The notes: generated by a model not told the origin, from the letters alone. Counted from the stretch's first letter, positions 1 to 10,035 are shown. The stretch: 54,070 nt of DNA from an uncultured Pyrinomonadaceae bacterium (GCA_965365505.1 CBDUBY010000001.1:1-54070); one strand, 5' to 3'. Translations and numbers: made by a program.

Positions 1-1252
1 CGCCCTTTTTACCTTTCCACCATTCGGCGAGCGCCGGATTCTGGCTGATACGCTCCTGCATAATGCGCTGCGATTCCGCAAGCGATTCGGTTAAGTTCGG
101 CAGTGCCGCGTAGAAAACTGTATTCTCAGGAAGGACATCCACGAACTTGGAAGAGTAACGCACGCCGGGACGCGCCACTTGTTGATTAATGTCGTGTCGC
201 AGCTTCGCTAACTCCGAAACGAGATTCGCGTAACGCGCGGCATTGCGGCTCCACGCGACCGTCTGCTGCACCGGAGTTTTGTCCAAATTACGGTTCGTCG
301 TCGTCTGGTCGCCGGGAAGCAAAGTTTCGTCTTTGCCCGAATGATTGACCTCGACTTCGCCCTCAACTACCGAAACGCGCGAACCTTTCGTGCCGCTTTC
401 GACCGCGAAAATCGTGCCTTTAACTGAAACGAGCGAATCGGGCGTTTGAACATACAAGCGACCGTTATGCTGTTTGGCGGCTTCGACGATTACATCACCG
501 CGTTCGAGATTGACAGTTACGCCGCGCCTGTTTTCGCTAACCGAAAACTCAGAGCGTTCGCGCATTTCAACCGTCGAACCGTCCGCGAGTTTCAGCACGG
601 CGTTTGAGTCCCTCGCCGTCCGCACGCGCTCGCCTTTTTGAAGCTGCTCGCCTGCCGCCAGTTGGCGACTCTGAGCGTCCGAAACCACATAAACCGCGCC
701 GTTCGCATTCTCGACCGTCGCCGCCAACGTGCTTCCCGACCAATCAAAACGCTCGGAAACGAACAATCCGACAAATCCTAAACAGATGACGAGCGCTGCG
801 GCGACGCCCCAGCGCGCAACATTGGTTCTGCTCCATCCATTTACAAATGCCCGTTTTTGCGGCGCGAGTTGAGGAGAGCCGGTCGTCGCGGACTTTGGTG
901 TCTGGTCTGCGCTTTGGAATTTTAGTGCGCGGCGACACGGAATGCATTCGTTCGTATGGTCTTTGAAAAGCAGCGTACGAGCCGTCGAAAGTTTCCCGTC
1001 GAGATACGCCGGAATGAGCGATTGAAAATCCGCGCACCCGTTAATTTGTTCAGAATTGCTTGTGTTCATTGTATTAAAATCTCCTAAATATGAATCTGCG
1101 GACAAAGAACTTTCGTCCGTCTTATGTTGACTGATTCGCGCCCAAACTTGCGTCGCGGATTGTTTGACGATTGATTCGTCAATTTGCTCGTCGCGTATTT
1201 CACGCGCGGCAGCGTCAATAATTGCGTCCAAATTTTGTTTATTATGCTTCAT
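1..1252 (-). CDS. anti-sigma factor (zf-HC2 N-terminus, TM helix, FecR-like domain); C-terminus runs off the window
   Basis: Manual minus-strand translation from ATG 1252-1250 gives [23 protein letters not shown]...[17 protein letters not shown] (H-x3-C-x2-C anti-sigma zinc motif). This is followed by a hydrophobic [18 protein letters not shown] segment and a FecR-like [26 protein letters not shown]. The frame stays open to position 2. It is absent from the ORF track because there is no in-window stop. Its start overlaps the stop (1242-1244) of the upstream ECF sigma gene. Confidence 0.7.
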   Translation of the reverse strand, partial: MKHNKQNLDAIIDAAAREIRDEQIDESIVKQSATQVWARISQHKTDESSLSADSYLGDFNTMNTSNSEQINGCADFQSLIPAYLDGKLSTARTLLFKDHTNECIPCRRALKFQSADQTPKSATTGSPQLAPQKRAFVNGWSRTNVARWGVAAALVICLGFVGLFVSERFDWSGSTLAATVENANGAVYVVSDAQSRQLAAGEQLQKGERVRTARDSNAVLKLADGSTVEMRERSEFSVSENRRGVTVNLERGDVIVEAAKQHNGRLYVQTPDSLVSVKGTIFAVESGTKGSRVSVVEGEVEVNHSGKDETLLPGDQTTTNRNLDKTPVQQTVAWSRNAARYANLVSELAKLRHDINQQVARPGVRYSSKFVDVLPENTVFYAALPNLTESLAESQRIMQERISQNPALAEWWKGKKG

Positions 1253-1856
1253 TATGTTTCTCCAAATAATTGCCGATTTCTTTACGCAGGCGTGTTCTGG
1301 CGCGGTGCAGCGTGACCGCGACGACCATTTGTGACGTGCCTAAAACTTGTGCGATGCGAGCATTGTCGTAGCCTTCAAAATAGCGCAGCGCGAACGCGGT
1401 CGCGGCGCGTCCTTCGAGTTTGGCGACCGCGTGACGAATAAGCTCGCGCAGCTCAACGTCTGCAAAATCGTCTTCGGGACTATTGATTGAGAACTTTGAA
1501 CTTTGATCGAAATCTATGACATCCAAAGAAACCGAATTGGTGCGCGTGCGACTTCTTATCAAGTCGAGCGAGGCGTTGACCGCCGCGCGATGCAGATAAC
1601 CTTCCGGGTTCGGCGAAAGGTCGCGCCGGTTGGGAGTAAGCCGCAGGAAGATAGTCTGCAAAACATCCTCGGCATCGCTGCGGCTGCCCGTAATACGATA
1701 CGCGATGCGAAAAATTGGTTTATGATAATCACGAAAAAGACCCGCGAGTTCTTCAAGCTCCGCGTTTCCCGCGAACGCTTTATCGGGCGTCGCGCTTTTC
1801 GCGGAGTCTGTTAAATCGCTGGTTAACGGCATGATGTTGGCTGCGGCGGTGTTCAC
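1242..1856 (-). CDS. ECF (sigma-70 family, group 4) RNA polymerase sigma factor
   Basis: Region 2 (FRDYHKPIFRIAYRITGSRSDAEDVLQTIFLRL) and region 4 (FALRYFEGYDNARIAQVLGTSQMVVAVTLHRARTRLRKEI) are present. The track start at 1994 is probably too long. GTG at 1856 is preceded by AAGGAG with a 6-nt spacer, and ATG at 1832 is an alternative. Confidence 0.85.
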   Translation of the reverse strand: MNTAAANIMPLTSDLTDSAKSATPDKAFAGNAELEELAGLFRDYHKPIFRIAYRITGSRSDAEDVLQTIFLRLTPNRRDLSPNPEGYLHRAAVNASLDLIRSRTRTNSVSLDVIDFDQSSKFSINSPEDDFADVELRELIRHAVAKLEGRAATAFALRYFEGYDNARIAQVLGTSQMVVAVTLHRARTRLRKEIGNYLEKHNEA

Positions 1857-2000
1857 GTTTATCTCCTTAGATTCGACTTCTACAAATATAAACGTGCGCG
1901 GCGGCGGATTATTAACAACGAGGTGAAATAAATTTTCAAATTTGATGAAAGAATTATATTTTCTCCAGATAGAGTCCCAATTCTGGTTGTTCAAAAATAG

Positions 2001-2483
2001 TTAATCGTCTTTGTTTGTTTTGGAAAACTCTTTCTCAATTTTACCCGGAACAATTTCAGCGGTGAAATAACCTTCAGCTCGAACAGGCACGCCGGCAACG
2101 CGACGCAGCATTACAATTTGTCCGATGTGTGTCAAGGCATCGGAAACCGGACCTTGCATAATTTTCTCGATTGGTTGACCGAGCGGCGTATCAGCAGCCA
2201 GGTAAGAATCAAAATCTTTTGCAGCGGTGAAAAACCTCTCTACTTCTTCATTCCAGGGAAGAGGTGCGGAATTTAATTGAACAAATTCACCTTTCATCAA
2301 ATAAAGCGAACCTTCGAGTAAATCTCCGATATGCGCCAGAATCTCGCCGGGAGTTCTGATGGCTTCACCAATTTTGAATGCCGCAAAATTTTCCGGCGCA
2401 TCTAAAATAGCTACTTTTAAGCGATAAGCTAAAGTTGCTATCAAATGTCGGAGCAATTCTCGTTTCAAATCACGTTTCATCAT
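2001..2483 (-). CDS. DinB-superfamily-like four-helix-bundle protein
   Basis: About 160 aa, helical, with spaced His motifs (ILAHIGDLLEG ... ALTHIGQIVMLRR) typical of DinB/YfiT-like proteins. Start moved to the ATGATG at 2483-2478. Confidence 0.45.
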   Translation of the reverse strand: MMKRDLKRELLRHLIATLAYRLKVAILDAPENFAAFKIGEAIRTPGEILAHIGDLLEGSLYLMKGEFVQLNSAPLPWNEEVERFFTAAKDFDSYLAADTPLGQPIEKIMQGPVSDALTHIGQIVMLRRVAGVPVRAEGYFTAEIVPGKIEKEFSKTNKDD

Positions 2484-2918
2484 TTTAATCTCGCAATAAT
2501 TTAGTTTTACAAAGGCACAACAGGACAATCCAGTACACTAATCTTCACTGAGGCTGCATTGAAATGCCAATCTGTGCCGGACAATCGTGCCGGCAGACTT
2601 AACGAAACTCACATAAGTTCCCGTTCATTTACGAAAGCATTAAAATTATCTTTTAATTTTCAAGCAACTTTTATTGTTGATATTAGTAATTGTAAGGTGT
2701 ATATTTGTCCAACAAATTCAGCAATCAGGTTAAATTTTCAGTTTTCAATAAAATTTGACACCTGACAAAAATTAAGTTCTTTTTAGAAAATTGTTGCTAA
2801 ATATTTTCAAAAAAAGAACAAACAAACTTTCCGGCGGCAATCTCAAAATATATCAATTTTATTGATTGCTTCCGCGTTCTTATTCTCTATCAGAGTAATC
2901 TGGCTTTTACCAAATAAT

Positions 2919-2947
2919 TTGACACTCGGAATAAATACTTTTATCAA
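2919..2947 (+). promoter_or_regulatory. candidate sigma-70 promoter for the kinase gene (near-leaderless)
   Basis: TTGACA (2919-2924), 17-nt spacer, TATCAA (2942-2947). The ATG is at 2960 with no Shine-Dalgarno sequence in between. Confidence 0.35.
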
Positions 2948-2959
2948 ACCGAAATAATT

Positions 2960-5900
2960 ATGATTTCTGTCGGCAATCAAATCGGACGATACAAAGTTCT
3001 AAAAACCATCGGAGCGGGTGGAATGGGCGAAGTTTTTCTAGCTGAAGATACAGATTTAGGACGGCTTGTCGCTTTGAAAGTTTTGCTGTCGGAAGTATCT
3101 CACAGCAAGGAACGTATCAGACGATTCATTCAGGAAGCAAAGGCAGTTTCCGCATTAAATCACCCGAACATATTGACCATTCACGAAACCGGCTTTTTAG
3201 ACGGCACCCGTTTTATAGTTTCGGAATTCGTCAAAGGCGTAACCCTGAGAGATAAATTAAAAGACGGACCGCTGAACTTATTTGAAACTTTGGAAATAGC
3301 TGTTCAAATTTCGTCGGCGCTTTATGCCGCGCATTCGAGCCAAATTATTCATCGTGATATTAAACCGGACAATATAATGATCCGCGAAGATAATCTGGTG
3401 AAAGTGTTGGATTTCGGACTGGCAAAACTTTCTGTTGCGGAACCTGAATCAATCAACAGCGAATCTCCGACACGCGACCAAATTAATACTATACCGGGTG
3501 TGATTATCGGAACAGTCGGTTATATGTCGCCGGAACAAGCCAGAGGCAAAACAGTTGACCACCGAACGGACATTTTCAGTTTCGGTATTGTTCTTTATGA
3601 AATTCTCACTGGAATTCAACCGTTTTACGGCGAAACACGAAGCGATGTCATTGCGGCGATTTTAACGAAAGAGCCGCAAAATCCCTGTTTGCTAAATGCT
3701 GAAATTCCCTTTGAACTCGAACGTATTATTAGTAGAATGCTTTGCAAAGATCCTGCGGAGCGTTATCAAAATGTCGGACATTTGCTGGAAGATTTCAAAG
3801 AAATTAAACGGAATTTAGAATTCAACTCAACAAACGAATTCAAAGCTCAGGCAAAAGCACGGTTAGAAGCTAAAACCGAAATATTGAAAGCCGATACGGG
3901 CAACACCGTCAACGTTACAACCCAATCAATCGCCGGATTTTCTTCTAATAAAATTCCGCTTCCTAAATTAACAAATAAAGTAAAGTCTATTTCTAAATCG
4001 AAATTTTCTCTGCTTTTGGCGCTCGGTTTATTTACCGTTGCCGCGATATCGGCGTATCTCCTGTTACCTAAGCTGGCTGCCAATCAACCCAAACCCGAAG
4101 CAGTGAATTTATACAATCTCGGTACCGAAGCGCTGCGCGACGGGACATCTTATAAAGCCAGTAAAATGCTCGAAGATGCCGTCAGTCTGGACAATAATTT
4201 TACAATCGCACACGCTAAACTGGCTGAGGCTTGGGCGGAATTGGATTATCTCGGACGCGCCCGAAATGAAATGCTGAAAGTTCGAGAATTACAGCAGAGG
4301 CAATCTTTTCTGTCTTCTTTTTCTAAAACGGAAGACTCGCTTTATATTGACGCGATTAGTGCCACCGTGCTTAACAATTTTACCCAAGCCGCCGGAATTT
4401 ATGAAACTATCGCGCAAAAGCGTCCGAACGATGCATTCGTTTACTTGGATTTGGGTCGAGCTTACGAGAAAAACGAGCAGATAGACAAAGCGATTGAGTA
4501 TTACGAAAAAGCTATCGGGTTAAATGCTCAATACGGTGCCGCTTACCTGCGTCTGGGAATTTTAAGAAGCCGCAAAGCCGAATACGAAAAGGCTGCGTCG
4601 GCTTTTGATCAAGCCGAAAATATCTATGACCGTTTGAGTAACGACGAAGGAATCGCCGAAGTAAAGATTCAGCGCGGCACCTCGCTCAACCATCAAGACC
4701 GGCTTAAACCGGCACTCGAACAGTTTGAACAAGTTATCCGCCATCCGAGAACGAGTAAATACCAACAAATTAAGGCAATGCTGCAAATCAGCAGCGTTTT
4801 GTGCAGCAAGGGGAAAACCGAACAGGCGCAGGTCTATGCCTCGGACGCGATCAAACTGGCGCGAGATGAAAGAATGGACAATCTCGCCACCAGCGGTTTG
4901 ATTGATCTCGGCTACGCTTTCTTCGTTGGGACAGATTACGAGCAAGCCGAGCAGCATTTTCGCCAGGCAATCGAATTCGCCCGCAAAGACGACGGACGCA
5001 GAAACGAAGCCCGCGCCTTGCTCTCGTTAAGCAGTTTATTTGTGAATAGCGGCAAACCGGACGAGGCGTTGCAGTATGTTAACCAAGCATTCCCGTTTTA
5101 CCTGCAAGGCGGTTATCAGCAGGAAATTTCGCAGGCTTATCTGTTGCTCGGTTTCGCCAGCCAAATGAAATCCGATTATTCGACGGCTGTTGAATCGTTT
5201 GAAAAAGCCTTGCAGTCGGGCGAGATAATGCAGCGCGCTCAGGCTTTAACCGGACTCGGAACCGTCTTAAGCAGTCAGGAACAATATCCGAAGGCTTTAG
5301 CGTATTTTGAACAAACCGATAAATTATATGAAGCGATGCAGAGCAATTATAATCTCGGCTTTAGCCAGTATAATACCGCTGATATACTGTCAAAATTAGG
5401 TCGGCTTGAAGAAGCGAAACAAATCATCGCCAAAGTTGAAAAGATTTTTGCCGACGATAAAACCGATCATTCGGAATTGCAGGCGAAGTATTCCTTGTTG
5501 AAGGCTCGATTGGCTCTGAGTGAAAATAATTTCCCGGAAGCGATTAAAATCACCGAACAAATAACTTTACTAAAAGACCCGGAAATTGCCGCTGAAACAT
5601 ACAGATTGATGGGATTGGCGAAAGTTCTCTCTCGGTCGAAAAGCGGCGACGGCATTCAAATCTGCGTCAAATCAGTTGAAACGGCTCGACAGACGGATAA
5701 TCTACAAACCGTCAAACAGGCAAAGTTAGCCCTCGCCGAAGCGTATTTGAGCAGCGATAAAAACAAATTAGTTACAGAGGAAATTCTGGAAATCAAGAAT
5801 TACTTCATTTCCGCAGGACAAAAAGAAACAGGCTGGCGCGCGTTGCTCGTCCTGGCAAAGGCTTACCAACAAAAAGGCGATTTGCTGTCGGCAAAAGAAT

Positions 5901-6025
5901 CCGTCAAAGAGGCACTCGAAACGCTTGCCGAACTTGAAAAAGATTGGGGAGCGGAGAGTTTCAAATCTTATTCAAACAGACCCGACATTAAAATTTATTC
6001 GGAACAGGCAAAGGAATTGAGTTAA
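2960..6025 (+). CDS. Ser/Thr protein kinase with TM segment and long C-terminal TPR array
   Basis: Hanks kinase motifs are present: GAGGMGEVFLAED, ALK, HRDIKPDNIM, DFGLAK, GTVGYMSPEQ. A TM helix (LLLALGLFTVAAISAYLLL) is followed by about 600 aa of TPR-like repeats. Confidence 0.95.
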   Translation: MISVGNQIGRYKVLKTIGAGGMGEVFLAEDTDLGRLVALKVLLSEVSHSKERIRRFIQEAKAVSALNHPNILTIHETGFLDGTRFIVSEFVKGVTLRDKLKDGPLNLFETLEIAVQISSALYAAHSSQIIHRDIKPDNIMIREDNLVKVLDFGLAKLSVAEPESINSESPTRDQINTIPGVIIGTVGYMSPEQARGKTVDHRTDIFSFGIVLYEILTGIQPFYGETRSDVIAAILTKEPQNPCLLNAEIPFELERIISRMLCKDPAERYQNVGHLLEDFKEIKRNLEFNSTNEFKAQAKARLEAKTEILKADTGNTVNVTTQSIAGFSSNKIPLPKLTNKVKSISKSKFSLLLALGLFTVAAISAYLLLPKLAANQPKPEAVNLYNLGTEALRDGTSYKASKMLEDAVSLDNNFTIAHAKLAEAWAELDYLGRARNEMLKVRELQQRQSFLSSFSKTEDSLYIDAISATVLNNFTQAAGIYETIAQKRPNDAFVYLDLGRAYEKNEQIDKAIEYYEKAIGLNAQYGAAYLRLGILRSRKAEYEKAASAFDQAENIYDRLSNDEGIAEVKIQRGTSLNHQDRLKPALEQFEQVIRHPRTSKYQQIKAMLQISSVLCSKGKTEQAQVYASDAIKLARDERMDNLATSGLIDLGYAFFVGTDYEQAEQHFRQAIEFARKDDGRRNEARALLSLSSLFVNSGKPDEALQYVNQAFPFYLQGGYQQEISQAYLLLGFASQMKSDYSTAVESFEKALQSGEIMQRAQALTGLGTVLSSQEQYPKALAYFEQTDKLYEAMQSNYNLGFSQYNTADILSKLGRLEEAKQIIAKVEKIFADDKTDHSELQAKYSLLKARLALSENNFPEAIKITEQITLLKDPEIAAETYRLMGLAKVLSRSKSGDGIQICVKSVETARQTDNLQTVKQAKLALAEAYLSSDKNKLVTEEILEIKNYFISAGQKETGWRALLVLAKAYQQKGDLLSAKESVKEALETLAELEKDWGAESFKSYSNRPDIKIYSEQAKELS

Positions 6026-6072
6026 AATCAATCTCTTTAAACTCAATAAAACTAAAACTTGGAGGAAAAATT

Positions 6073-6771
6073 ATGGATTTAGAAAAACAAGAGCAAAATC
6101 AAGAGCGCGGTATTGTTTCAGACCTAATCATCGGCGGGATGGCTGCCGGAATCATTATTTCTCTGTTAGTGAAATACAAAAAAAAGATAAAGATTCTTCC
6201 AAATCCCACAATACCGCCAATAATTATTAAGCCTAAAAGCAAACAACTGGAAATTGTATATGGTCTGGAGATGAAGGAGACTAAAAATACGCAGACCAAG
6301 GTTTATGAAATATCCGACTTTGATTGGGTTCAAAATATCGGAGTACACTATTTCAATCCAGATAGCAAAAATCATTTTCACGATCCATACCCATCCCGAC
6401 GGGGTGTTAAAGTAGAAATTTACTTGCAGAGGAAACCCACGAATAGTGGGGGATGGGACTGGGTAGAGGATGATGATCACTCTCAAATTACTATTCTAGG
6501 AAATCAAGAAAATTTTCAACTAATTGTGAAAACGCCCGGTCATTACTTATCAGAAGAGGATAACAATTACGATGGCGACCAAAGATTTAAACGCAGTTAT
6601 GTAGGAGAGGTTGGCTTTGATTATCGAATGGGCAAAATGGCAATTCTTGTATACAACGATGTCGTAAAACCTACTAGACCATATATATCTAAACCTTTGA
6701 ATCAGGATAGTTTTAACGATCAATACTCATTAGCTTTGCACCACAAGTCATCTGTAAAATCCAGGTATTGA
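6073..6771 (+). CDS. hypothetical membrane-anchored protein (AT-rich orphan)
   Basis: GGAGG RBS at 6061-6065. N-terminal TM helix (LIIGGMAAGIIISLLV) and a Pro/Ile-rich linker. I recognise no family. Two hand-counted lines give about 32% G+C. Confidence 0.6.
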   Translation: MDLEKQEQNQERGIVSDLIIGGMAAGIIISLLVKYKKKIKILPNPTIPPIIIKPKSKQLEIVYGLEMKETKNTQTKVYEISDFDWVQNIGVHYFNPDSKNHFHDPYPSRRGVKVEIYLQRKPTNSGGWDWVEDDDHSQITILGNQENFQLIVKTPGHYLSEEDNNYDGDQRFKRSYVGEVGFDYRMGKMAILVYNDVVKPTRPYISKPLNQDSFNDQYSLALHHKSSVKSRY

Positions 6772-7248
6772 TTAAATTTCATGCAGGTTTTTTCTATAAA
6801 ATTTTCTCTTGTGTTGCGGTGCAAGTCAGAACTGTTCTAAAGTTGGAGGCAATTTATCTTTATAGAAAATTCCCGTCCTGTAAGAAAAGAGTCGGGTTGA
6901 AATTTTTCTAACCCGGCTTTTTTCTTTGGTTTATCTTCTTGATTAAATTCTTTTCACATTATTCACCCTCAATCCGAAAGTGAAGGGCAAATATTTAAAG
7001 TTCAATTCCTGAACGTCAGCGACACGCTGCCTTTTCAATTAGAACAATGGATACGAAGCCTCTCGCGCCAAGAAATGCTGCGCGCGGATTTTTTTCAAGA
7101 AATCCTGCGATTCCAAAATTTTACTTTCCCTTTCCTAACCGAACGGTTAAAATAGTATTCGAGCGATATTTCCGACGCTCTTCTGCAAAACAATTTCTGC
7201 ATTTTCAATCTACTCTAAATGATATTTACGTTAGCTTCCTTTGAAACG

Positions 7249-8106
7249 ATGACGGGTTTGCCTGAATTCATCGCTTATACGTTTATTTTTATTATCGGCG
7301 CGGCGGTCGGAAGTTTTTTGAACGTCGTAATTCACCGCGTGCCAAACGAAGAATCAATTGTTTATCCGAATTCCGCTTGCCCGCAGTGCGGCAAATCAAT
7401 CAAGCCTTACGATAATATCCCGATTTTGAGTTGGCTGATTTTGCGCGGGCAATGTCGCAACTGCCGCAAACCGATTGCGTGGCGTTATCCGGCGGTTGAA
7501 CTTTTGACCGCGCTGCTGTTCGTTCTGGTTTATGGGCAAATCGGATTCACGGCGTTTCTGCCGGTCGCTTTGATTTTCGCGGCGACGATGGTTGCGCTGA
7601 TTTTTATTGACGCGGAAAATATGATTCTGCCGAATGTGATAACTTATCCGCTGCTTGTTTTCGCGCTGCTAGTGCGGGTGATTTACCCGCTTTTTTTCAG
7701 CGTGACGTTTTCCGATTCTAAAATCTTTCCGCTGACTTATCTGCTGGAATATCCCGTTTGGCTAGTTTCGCTCGTTGGCGCGGTTCTCGGCGGATTGATT
7801 GGCGGCGGCTCGTTATGGCTGGTCGGCGAGATTTGGAAGCGTCTGCGCGGCGTTGACGCGATGGGTTTGGGCGATGTCAAAATGATGTTTGCCGTCGGCG
7901 CGCTTTTGGGCTGGCAATTGACGCTGTTATCAATTTTTCTCGGCGCGTTCTCCGGCGCGGTAATCGGTGTCTTCCTGATTTCTCGTCAAAAAGAAAAGGA
8001 TATGCAGACGCAGATTCCGTTCGGAATTTTTCTCGGCATCGGTTCGGTTATCAGTCTGCTGTTCGGCGAGCAGATCGTTAAATGGTATCTTTCGATGTTC
8101 GTTTGA
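7249..8106 (+). CDS. pilD: type IV prepilin leader peptidase / N-methyltransferase (A24 family)
   Basis: GSFLNVVIHRVP, the zinc-binding CPQCG...CRNCRKPI pair, IPILSWL, multi-TM body, GLGDVKMM and IPFGIFLG motifs. Start moved to MTGLPEF (ATG 7249). Confidence 0.9.
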   Translation: MTGLPEFIAYTFIFIIGAAVGSFLNVVIHRVPNEESIVYPNSACPQCGKSIKPYDNIPILSWLILRGQCRNCRKPIAWRYPAVELLTALLFVLVYGQIGFTAFLPVALIFAATMVALIFIDAENMILPNVITYPLLVFALLVRVIYPLFFSVTFSDSKIFPLTYLLEYPVWLVSLVGAVLGGLIGGGSLWLVGEIWKRLRGVDAMGLGDVKMMFAVGALLGWQLTLLSIFLGAFSGAVIGVFLISRQKEKDMQTQIPFGIFLGIGSVISLLFGEQIVKWYLSMFV

Positions 8107-8121
8107 GCGAGCGAAAACCAG

Positions 8122-8412
8122 CTAAACTTTCGCCGGTGTTTCCAGACAGACTTTTGAGCAGTAGAAAATCCCCGAACGCAAATTTAACGCTTTGTTTTGC
8201 GGAATCCACGTTCCGCATTTAGCGCATCTGACGAGCGCGGCATCTTTGCTGTCGGTCTGTTTTTCGATTTGCTTTTCGTCGGTTTTTCCAACCTGCCGCA
8301 TCTTGCGAAACATCCGCCAAACGTATATCGCCATTTTGATTTGCTGCCGAAATCGCATCGCCACCAGCACCAAAATAACAATCAATATTCCTAATACAAT
8401 TAACCACTTCAT
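8122..8412 (-). CDS. small membrane protein with C-terminal zinc-ribbon (PP0621-family-like)
   Basis: N-terminal TM helix, basic linker, then VRCAKCGTWIPQNKAL...FYCSKVCLE. From memory this resembles PP0621-family proteins. The ATG overlaps the stop of the upstream TPR gene (TAATG). Confidence 0.55.
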   Translation of the reverse strand: MKWLIVLGILIVILVLVAMRFRQQIKMAIYVWRMFRKMRQVGKTDEKQIEKQTDSKDAALVRCAKCGTWIPQNKALNLRSGIFYCSKVCLETPAKV

Positions 8413-9155
8413 TATTTTGGCGAGTTTCCTTTTATCTGCGAGAGGCGCGACTCCAACTCTGCCAGATATTGATTTGCGGAATTTACTTCTTTCAGTTTAG
8501 CGACATATTTTTCGGCTTCGGCGGCGTTGTTCTGGGCAAGAAGTGTTTCCGTCATTACCTGCAAAGTTTTTTCGTGTTTCGGATTTATTTGCAGAGATTT
8601 TTGAAATTCGACAATCGCCCGTTCGTTCTCCGGCGGATTGGTCAAAAAGTATGTCAATCCCAGATCGGTTCTAACATCAATATCATTTGGTTTCTGCTGC
8701 AAAGCCTGCGAATAAAAATCACGCGCTTTCTGGAACGGCGCGTTATCTTTTTTAAAGTAAGCGATGTCGAAATAGATATTTCCCATTGCCACGACGACAT
8801 CGTAATCCTGTTTGTTGCTTTCGTAGGCGCGGTTCAAAACTCGTCCGACTTCTGCAAGTAAATCCGCGTCCTGCTTCATCGCCGCGTAACGATAAAGCGC
8901 GAGTCCGAGATCCTTTTGAAACTCTATGTCCTTCGGATTGCGGTCGGCTTCGGCGATTCGCTGACGAATTTCATCGTCGCTTAAAGCTGATCCCGACTGC
9001 GTTTGATTCGGTTGACTTTGAGCAGTTTTCAGCCGTTCATTATCTGTTCGCAAAGTGTTCAGCTCGGTTCTGTTCAGCGCGTTCGCCATTAGAAATCCGC
9101 CGACGAAACTGACGATAACTGCGATAATTGAAAGTCCGAATACTTTTCCATTCAT
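8412..9155 (-). CDS. membrane-anchored TPR repeat protein
   Basis: Signal anchor (MNGKVFGLSIIAVIVSFVGGFLMANA) followed by TPR-like repeats (e.g. ARDFYSQALQQKPNDIDVRTDLGLTYF, AIVEFQKSLQINPKHEKTLQ). Start set at ATG 9155. Confidence 0.75.
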   Translation of the reverse strand: MNGKVFGLSIIAVIVSFVGGFLMANALNRTELNTLRTDNERLKTAQSQPNQTQSGSALSDDEIRQRIAEADRNPKDIEFQKDLGLALYRYAAMKQDADLLAEVGRVLNRAYESNKQDYDVVVAMGNIYFDIAYFKKDNAPFQKARDFYSQALQQKPNDIDVRTDLGLTYFLTNPPENERAIVEFQKSLQINPKHEKTLQVMTETLLAQNNAAEAEKYVAKLKEVNSANQYLAELESRLSQIKGNSPK

Positions 9156-9241
9156 TGAAAAAATTCTAACAAACCTCAGTTTAAAAAGCGACGAGCGTTG
9201 ATTTTCAAGGAAATCAACGCTCAAAACTTATTAATCACAGT

Positions 9242-9514
9242 TTATTTTTTCTTGTTCTCAGGCGCGATATACGGTAAATCTTCGGCGCGGCGGCGCGGCG
9301 TCGGGTCGTCGGCGCGGCGGCGCGGAATCGTCGCCGAACCGCCGCGACGGTCAACGCTGCCGGTGGGCAGACCTTTACCGTGAACGGCTTCGACTAAAAT
9401 GCGCGTAATTTCTTGTGAGAGCGTTCGATGTTCGCCCGCCGCCCGGCGACGCAGCGATTCTTTTAATTCGTTCGGAACATACGCCCCAATAAAAACACCT
9501 TTACGGTTTGCCAT
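9242..9514 (-). CDS. ribbon-helix-helix (CopG/Arc-like) DNA-binding protein with Arg-rich tail
   Basis: The N-terminal pattern (VFIGAYVPNELKESLRRRAAGEHRTLSQEITRILVEAV) fits beta-alpha-alpha RHH. The tail carries a duplicated PRRRA(D/E)D encoded by a 17-nt direct repeat (9282-9298 and 9309-9325). Confidence 0.6.
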   Translation of the reverse strand: MANRKGVFIGAYVPNELKESLRRRAAGEHRTLSQEITRILVEAVHGKGLPTGSVDRRGGSATIPRRRADDPTPRRRAEDLPYIAPENKKK

Positions 9515-9569
9515 AAAAAATTTTATTTCTCCTTTGATTAAATTACTGCCAAAAAAAGTGCCGTGCAGA

Positions 9570-9966
9570 GTGGAGCAAGTCTATAAGCCGAATTTTGTAT
9601 TCGCCCCGAAAGGCAAACGGTAATCATTCATCTAGGCTCGTCGTTACCGAAAAGCTCAAGCGACCTACCCGGAAACGCTGTTTGAATCGCTTCAAACATA
9701 AGAGCGGGCAGCTCTTAAAATGTCGTTTCCCTATTTGGTCTTGCACCGCGAGGAGTTTACCCAGCCGCGCCTGTTACCAAACGCGCTGACGCGCTCTTAC
9801 CGCGTCGTTTCACCCATCACCTTTCGGCTGGTCTGTTCTCTGTTGCACTTGTCGTCATCCGATTAAAAATCAAATGCCCGGACGTTATCCGGCTCGCCGC
9901 CCTGTTGGTGTTCGGACTTTCCTCTGCCGATTTTTCAATCGAAAGCGATTACCCAACTTGCTCCGC
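9570..9966 (-). ncRNA. rnpB: RNase P RNA, bacterial type A
   Basis: The reverse complement reads GGAGCAAGTTGGGTAATCGC...CGGCAGAGGAAAGTCCGAACACC...ACAGAGAACAG...GGGTGAAACG...GGTAAACTCCTCGCGGTGCAAGACCAAATAGG...CTAGATGAATGATTACCG...ACAAAATTCGGCTTATAGACTTGCTCC. It contains the universal GAGGAAAGTCCG core. P1 forms between GGAGCAAGT (5') and ACTTGCTCC (3'). Ends are accurate to about 5 nt. Confidence 0.93.
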
Positions 9967-10035
9967 TGCAAGGCTCACATATCTTAGCAAAAATTGTTCA
10001 ACATTTACAATTTAGGTTTTGAGTTTGGAAATGAG

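Noticed and set aside
744-1037. 97-aa minus-strand ORF from the track
   Set aside because: It is out of frame within the longer, motif-bearing anti-sigma reading frame (1-1252).
9399-9789. Two small plus-strand ORFs (9399-9623 and 9595-9789)
   Set aside because: They overlap the RNase P RNA gene on the opposite strand, and the RNA assignment is far better supported.
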